Source: Octopus vulgaris (taxonomy: Eukaryota). From it: 64,000 nt of DNA. The stretch lies in contig OX597815.1 of NCBI GenBank assembly GCA_951406725.2, forward strand, positions 47,616,001-47,680,000, given 5' to 3'. The notes beneath the pieces are model-generated. The model was not told where the DNA came from, made no database searches, and worked only from the letters and a program-made list of their open reading frames with translations. Numbering within the stretch: position 1 is the first letter of the stretch; every line of letters starts with the position of its first letter. Shown in pieces: positions 56,401 through 64,000 of the stretch. The position numbers and the translations under genes are program-made.

Positions 56401-57394
56401 TTTCATTACATTAGATGTACGTTTATCAATAACTGCCTGAAACGTAGTACTGATAAACTACTGACGAAAGCCCCCTGATGTATTCGAAACAACTTTCGCA
56501 CATTGGCTGTTATACATAACAATATGCAGCAGCCGCCTCTACAAGATACGATATGCCGCAAAAGATTGGGAATATATATATGGAGGATGGGGTAGCGGAG
56601 ATGTTGATAGAGGGGTAGCGGCGGCAGCAGCAGTGGTAGTGGTGGTGGTTTAAATGATGTAGGTATGTGTTGGGATAAGCTGGGTAAGGAAATTGAACCA
56701 ACAGAGATGCAAATTATACGAAAATTTCTGTGCTATCGGAATTGAAACAACACACTCGTTATAGATTCAGATTGACAGCATAATCGCTTAAATATATTCC
56801 AAATAGTTAATTATCTTTTATCATCAAAGGGGAAAAAGCGAATCAAGAAGGTCCCTATACAATAAGATAGATTCATACGGCATTCTGTGATAGAAAGATA
56901 GACACATAAACAGACGAAAAGACGAACAGACAAAACAGAAGGAGAGAGAGCAGGGAGTGTAGACTGATAGAGGGAAAATGTCGATAGATGGCGCTGTTCC
57001 AGAAAGCTGGATAGAAGCCAAAACTTTCTGAATTTTACCATTGAGATAGGAGTTATTGTTCCCTCATAACCAATCATTATAAAAATATGATGTAAACGTC
57101 TCACTGAAGCTCGTAGGTCATATGATTCACATTTGTTGTTAGTTTGATTTATGTGTTCAAAATGGAAGCCCGGATAAACCAATAGCTCCCTTCATTTGTT
57201 TTCTTTAATTTTTTTTTTTTACTATTTTCGTTATTTTTTTTTAATTCATGCTCGTAAAGGTTAGTGTGGGTGATGAATTTAAGTTGAAATAAAACCCAGA
57301 GCGTCCGTGTTTATTTATTTAACTTACTAGGACACCGCTACTAAAGTTTAAAGCTTAATTTGGCCATTAAGATTACGTATCTTCGGGATGCTTT

Positions 57395-57570
57395 TGGTGG
57401 TGGTGGTTGTGGTGGTGGTGGTGGTGGTGGTGGTGGTGGTGGTGGTGGTGGTGGTGGTGGTGGTGGTGGTGGTGGTGGTGGTGGTGGTGGTGGTGGTGGT
57501 GGTGGTGATGATGGTGGTGGTGGTGTGGTGGTGGTGGTGGTGATGATGGTAGTGGTCGTGTGGTGGTGGT
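57395..57570. repeat. (GGT)n microsatellite
   Basis: tandem array; source of the poly-Gly ORF. Confidence 0.95.
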
Positions 57571-57750
57571 GTTTTATTTCTTTATCGAATTTTAATATTT
57601 CTACAATACAAATTAGTGATTAGGGATTAAATTAGCACTGTAGTTTAATGGTTGTTTTTAAAGTAGTACAGATCAGTGTTTGTTTCTGCTATTGGTGTTA
57701 TAGAATTTGTTGTTGTTGTCGTTGTTGTTACTGCTGCTGCTACTGCTGTT

Positions 57751-57960
57751 TGGCACCCGGTCAATCCCGATCCAGTAAACCTATGATCAAAAACCGTTGT
57801 AGACATGAAGAATTCATTTTGCTTTCAAACCCAATATACCAACGATTACATTATTTAATGTGTCCCCTTCCTTACCTTTAAGAGTGTAGAATGTGATATG
57901 AGGGGAATTTGGATGCTTTTTCTTGCAAGTAGACTCAACAAAGAGAAGCTCTCGCATTGT
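57751..57960 (-). mobile_element. old dispersed repeat (weak relatives near 16150, 16430, 26530, 31720-31820, 53536-53735)
   Basis: shared CCTATGATCAAA and GTGTGAT.TGAG.G.A.TTGG-like blocks seen by eye. Confidence 0.35.
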
Positions 57961-58106
57961 CTCGTCTACAGAATAGTTTAGTTCTTTTATAAAACAATAT
58001 ATCCGATTTCAGAACGGTCGCATATTAGCATTTCTAGAATGAGAACGAATGAGAATGAAACCTAAGACAAAACACGTTATCCATTTATAACATAAAACAT
58101 CTTATA

Positions 58107-58330
58107 CAGTAATCTCTCGCCACATCGCGGTTCACATATCGCTGTTTATTATTTAAGCTCGCGTCGATTCCTCCGTGGTGTTTTTTTGAATTTATAATAA
58201 AATAAATATATACAAATAATAAAAATAATTTTAAAAATATACATAGTACAGTACTGTTTCTACTTCACGAATTTTCACCTATCGCTGGGGGTTTTGGAAC
58301 GTAACACACACAATAGTTGAGGGATTCTTG
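58107..58330 (+). mobile_element. Tigger/pogo-like MITE, internally deleted
   Basis: TA|CAGTAATCTCTC...GAGGGATTCTTG|TA; 3' half matches 44130-44266. Confidence 0.85.
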
Positions 58331-59690
58331 TACATATATCATGATATAATTTTGAATACTTAGGGCACTTGTTCAGTTTAGGGCATGTTAAATTTTAAAT
58401 TTTCACCCATTCCATCCATCTTCGCCGCCCACTATTTCTGGGAGATGCACTGGGATCAGGAGTCCTCAACCTTTAATATTATTATTAGTAATATTTTTAT
58501 TTTTTATTTTTTTTTGTCAATTGACCCCTGATAACTATCTTATTCTGGTGGACCCTCAGCCATTCGATGTTGTACCGGAATTATGACCTCTTAATGAAAA
58601 GTAACGGCTCGACCTAGAGAGATTTCCTGATCTCCGAGCCATGCGCTTTGTCCAATAATGTTGCTCTAGAGAACTTTCGGAAGAACCCATTTTGGCTGCT
58701 TATATTTACGATCGCACTCTTTCGTTTATTTGCCAGTGTTCATGACCATAACCCAATCTAGGGTCGGGCGACCATTGATTTGCAACAATCGACAGCTCAA
58801 CGCATGGCTCACAAAGGATATACTTTTTCTGGGTACCTTTCGAAAACTCGGCGGCAGGAGGTGGGGGGAGTAAAAAATCTAAAAATATTTTGGAGGGTTC
58901 CAGATTTCAGATTTTCGTACAAAGGATTATGAAATGCGTTTCTGTTTTTAGCAATTGTTTCCTAAAATTCTTGATGTGAAATTTTGTGTTGAGACAGATA
59001 TTGCATACTGAGCGAAATAAATACGAGGGGAATTTTAGCAAATCAGCAAAATAAGAATTAAGATAAATATAATTATTAAAATTATTTCTAGTTTAGGCTC
59101 CAACACTAAACTGATGACTTAATTTATCGACCTCAAAGGGATGAAATGCAAATTTGATTACGGCAGGATTTGAAAAGAGAACGTAAAAAATGCACATGCT
59201 TTGTCTTGGTATAAAAGATGGACTACAGAAAATATTCTGCTCAGTACCACAGAATTGCTTGTCAGTTGCTTGACCTAAACCAGTTGAACATGTCCGTTAG
59301 TGACTGATAAAATATGCATCTCTGATCACTAGCAGAAATAGTGTGAAAGCATCATAGCCATGTGTTGAGAGGGATTCTCAAGAAAACAGACTATTTATAA
59401 TCTTTTATTATTCCATTTTTACTTTATTTTCATTGTCTTTTGTAACCGTTACTTTTAAATGACCCTCTTTGATACATTTGATTGTTTTCTTAAATGCAAT
59501 TTAGCCCATTATATACTTAACAATTTAATTTTTTATTGTACACCTTAAGGCACTTTTACAGTCGCCTAATACATGTTATATAGATATCACGTATTTACAC
59601 TCGACCAAAATGTGTTTTTTAGAGACATCGAAAACCAGAATGGATTTGTTTTATTTTATTTTATTTTATTTTATTTAATTTTTATTACAA

Positions 59691-59774
<84 letters not shown>

Positions 59775-60144
59775 CGCTTACTTAATTATTTCCATTGCAT
59801 TTATTTATCTATTTATAATTTCTCTTGTCACTGATTGTGATGCGATGATGATGACAGAGCTTTAATGAGCTTACTAAAAAATTATTTTGGGAGATTTTCG
59901 ATAGGTACTAAATTTTTTCGTTTAAATTTCGCCGAGTCCAAAATTCATATTATGTTATTTTATTACGCTATTAATTTAATTATATTATTGATTTTTTTTT
60001 CAATTCGCAATTTAATTTTGCACTATTTTAATATTCAATATACTAGACAAACGGTTTAAAATATACTCGTCTGCGTATATACATTATGCTGTAGATACGT
60101 TTATTTACGTGTGTATATATATGTGTGAGTGTGTGTTTATGTAT

Positions 60145-60222
<78 letters not shown>

Positions 60223-60407
60223 CTTCTCTCTTTCCCTATCTTTTTTTTCTCTCTTTCTTTGTCCGCCATTCTACGACTTCCTTTTCTTCCAACCGCCACC
60301 TATTATTCTTATTCTGGTTCTTTCTAACGTGTTGCAATGGAGTCGCGACTTCGCAATATACGCACGAAGACGTATGTTGTGTACATGTGTGTGTTTATTT
60401 ATTTATG

Positions 60408-60683
60408 CGACCCTTCTCAAGCCTAGCCAGGCTCATGGGCCCGGTTTCCCGGTTTCTGTGGCGTATGTGTTCCCCCCAGCTAGTCCATCACAGCGTAACT
60501 CAAGAAACAGGAAGAAAGAGTAAGAGAAAGTTGGGGCGAAAGAGTACAACAGGGGTCGCCCCACCTCCTGCCGGAGACTCGTGGAGCTTTAGGTGTTTTC
60601 GCTCAATAAACACACACAACGCCCGGTCTGGGAATCGAAACCGCGAGTCCGTTACCCTAACCACTGGGCCATTGCGTCTCCAC
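60408..60683 (-). mobile_element. SINE family C, tail type 2
   Basis: reverse complement colinear with 48123-48429. Confidence 0.9.
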
Positions 60684-60723
<40 letters not shown>

Positions 60724-61190
60724 ATGTGTGCGTACCTATATATATACATTAGTACATATATTCATACTATTATTTTGCCTGTGTATGTTTGTAGATATAT
60801 GTGTACGCATATATTAGCGTGTGTATGTTTAGCGTATGTATGTACGTTTATGTTTTTTAGTGTGTATATGCATAAGAACAGTTTGCTTATGTTTAGGCCA
60901 TTTCATTTATACATACTTACGTTTATTTCGTTTTGATTAAATTTATTTTATCAGTAATTAATTCATTCTGGGTATATACGTGTTTTCCTTCTAACTACAA
61001 TCATTTTTGAAATTTTGATTTTAGATTTAAGGTCTTCTTCAATCTCACATAATACCGTTTTAAAACTATCATCATTGATGAGAAAAAAACCGTTAGTTGA
61101 AAGGTCCTATGAAGAGAAATAAATTTCAAATGTGCATTTGTCAATGTAAATTTATACATACAAACTTTATTTTGTTCCGTTCTCAGTCTA

Positions 61191-61233
61191 AATTGTCCGA
61201 CGAACGGGAACGGGAAACTCTGACTAGCAGCTT
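61191..61233 (+). ncRNA. minimal hammerhead-like motif (CCGACGA core), same family as 24840-24883
   Basis: AATTGT-CCGACGA-ACGGGAACGG-GAAA-CTCTGAC-TA-GCAGCTT, in an element running to (TA)n at ~61340. Confidence 0.65.
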
Positions 61234-61336
61234 TTTGTGATGTTTTTGCAGTTTTAGCATTAATAAAGCATATTACTGTACATCCGGTATTCTAGTGCTA
61301 TTTTTCCCACCTTGTTTTACGTCTATGTGCTTACTT

Positions 61337-61433
<97 letters not shown>

Positions 61434-61439
61434 TATAAT

Positions 61440-61783
<344 letters not shown>

Positions 61784-61785
61784 AC

Positions 61786-61936
61786 AGGCGTAGGAGTGGC
61801 TGTGTGGTAAGTAGCTTGCATACCAACCACATGCGTGGCACCTTGATCAAGTGTCTTGTACTATAGCCTCGGGCCGACCAAAGCCTTGTGAGTGGATTTG
61901 GTAGACGGAAACTGAAAGAAGCCCATCGTATACATG

Positions 61937-61980
<44 letters not shown>

Positions 61981-62211
61981 TGTGAATGTGTGTGTATATG
62001 TTTGTGTGTCTGTGTTTATTCCCCCAACATCGCTTGACAACCGATGGTGGTGTGTTTACGTCCCCGTAACTTAGCAGTTAGGCAAAAGAGACTGATAGAA
62101 TAAGTACTAGGCTTACAAAGAATAAGTCCTTGGTCGATTTTCTCCACTATAGGCGGTGCTCCAGCATGGCCACAGTCAAATGACTGAAACAAGTAAAAGA
62201 TTAAAGAGTAA
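61786..62211 (+). mobile_element. SINE family B, full length
   Basis: GGCGTAGGAGTGGCTGTGTGGTAAG...CACCTTGATCAAGTGTCTT...GACTGAAACAAGTAAAAGA. Confidence 0.95.
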
Positions 62212-62227
62212 AGAGAGAGAGAGAGGG

Positions 62228-62267
<40 letters not shown>

Positions 62268-62671
62268 TGTGTGTGTGTGCGTAGTCTTCTGTATCGTAGG
62301 GCTGTGAGTAAATTTGGTAGATAGCAAGTGTAAAATGCGTCAATAAGTGTGTCTGTGTGTATGTATGTTTGTATATATCTACTTATGTATGTATATGTAA
62401 GTTATGCATGTATGCTTATATATATATATATATATATATATCTCTATATGTATGTATATGTACATGTGTGTGTGTGTTGTACATGCATTATGTGGATTAT
62501 ATTTTCAATCAAGATATTACAAGCCTATCTGTTTCACCAAGTGCTTCAATTCTATGCATGTACATATATTTATTAGATTACTGATATTTATGAATAGTTT
62601 CTCCCATTGTGTTGATGAGTCATTTTCTATCATGAATAAAACTGCCAGCATTTTTGTCGGTACGGGTGCAC

Positions 62672-62673
62672 TG

Positions 62674-62758
<85 letters not shown>

Positions 62759-62776
62759 TGATGATAAATAATAATG

Positions 62777-62840
<64 letters not shown>

Positions 62841-62855
62841 TAATAAAAATAATAA
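62672..62855. repeat. (AAT)n microsatellite
   Basis: tandem array directly abutting the retroelement. Confidence 0.95.
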
Positions 62856-62856
62856 A

Positions 62857-63328
62857 AAGATCAGACAAAAAAGGTGTGTTTATTAATTGACATGAGTATT
62901 CCTTGCGATGACAATATAGCGGCGAAAGAATTTGACAAGATCGGTAAATATAAAGACTTGCTAATAGAAATTGAAAAAATGTGGCATCTCAAGACGACTA
63001 CAGTACCAGTGATTGTAGGATCTCTAGGAATGATAAAAAAGGTACTGAAACCTATTTGAAAATGATACCAGGCTTACCATTCCTACAGGAAGTGCAAAAA
63101 ATCGTGTTAACTGGAACGACTCATGTACCGAGAAGAGCATTATCGCTGTGAAAACAGTATCCATTCATGAATTTATTTATTTATTAATCTTTAAATACAT
63201 ATTTTATCTGTGAATTTGCGTGTGTTATTTGGGAATGCATACAATGAGCTTCTCTGCCCTAGGTGTACGGAAAACACCCGGCGAGAAACGGAAGAAAATT
63301 TGAAGAAGGAAAAAACATAATAATAACA
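62857..63328 (+). mobile_element. 3' end of R4/Dong-like RLE non-LTR retrotransposon
   Basis: CLLIDMSIPCDDNIAAKEFDKIGKYKDLLIEIEKMWHLKTTTVPVIVGSLG, frameshift in the A-run at ~63035, then GTETYLKMIPGLPFLQEVQKIVLTGTTHVPRRALSL* (stop 63149-63151); UTR hairpin 63250-63287; ends in ATAATAATAA. Confidence 0.85.
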
Positions 63329-63364
63329 ATCATCATCATCATCATCATCATCATGAGGATGATG

Positions 63365-63440
<76 letters not shown>

Positions 63441-63477
63441 CGACGACGATGACGATGACGACGATGACGACGACGAC

Positions 63478-63508
<31 letters not shown>

Positions 63509-63615
63509 TAGAAGAAGAAGAACAAGAACAAGAACAAGAACAAGAAGAAGAAGAAGAAGAAGAAGAAGAAGAAGAAGAAGAAGAAGAAGAAGAAGAAGAA
63601 GAAGAAGAAGAAGAA
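63329..63615. repeat. (ATC)n-(GAT)n-(GAA)n compound microsatellite
   Basis: tandem arrays. Confidence 0.95.
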
Positions 63616-64000
63616 TGAACAACCAGCGTGTATGTGTGTTTTTTATTGGCATAATGACCCTCCCAAGACACAAGAAATACATTGTGACTTTGAAGATAAA
63701 TAAGCTCCGCTAGAATATAACTTTGATACTACTATAACATTCTTTGCCCATTTACATTACTGGACGTCGTGGTGGTCTTGGTTATCGAGGAAATAGTTAC
63801 ATTACTAGTGGGAGTTGTTGTTTTCAGGGTGTATTTAACAAGTATTTTACCGTTTTTTTTTAGACAGGGGATATTTTGTTTTTTTAAATTATATTTTTTA
63901 TTTCTACTAATTTGAAAACCATAGAGCAGTTCTATATATTATTTTGTATATATTTATAAGACAGAAGAGAAACGACCACATATTTTTTATATTCTAAATG

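Noticed and set aside
56436-56495. GAAACGTA ... CTGACGA ... CGAAAC arrangement
   Set aside because: Helices I and II cannot be formed consistently in any hammerhead topology.
56984-56997. TAGATGGCGCT, CTCF-like half motif
   Set aside because: Partial match only, with no supporting context.

Overview
AT-rich, extremely microsatellite-dense eukaryotic non-coding DNA (intergenic or a large intron). The SINE types and the (TA)n/(GATA)n/(TATG)n/(AAT)n load look like an octopod cephalopod genome (inference from recognition, not from a search). I can support no host protein-coding exon; nearly all listed ORFs are microsatellite read-throughs. Recognisable coding remnants are all transposon-derived: a Penelope GIY-YIG endonuclease, two mariner pieces, one Tc1 piece, a young Tx1/L1-type LINE 3' end inserted in (GATA)n, and two RLE-type (R4/Dong-like) 3' ends in (AAT)n and (TATG)n. 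There are also three tRNA-derived SINE families, non-autonomous Helitrons and a Tigger/pogo-like MITE. The main signals are: (i) at least 7 minimal hammerhead-ribozyme-like motifs in short elements, most embedded in (TA)n, five with a recurrent CCGANGA core variant and two with very long loop II; (ii) a circularly permuted ~510-bp monomer suggestive of a retrozyme/pLTR; (iii) a SINE whose 3' tail matches the 3' end of the (GATA)n-embedded Tx1-like LINE; (iv) apparent partitioning of microsatellite types among different retroelements. All structures were read by eye and are untested.
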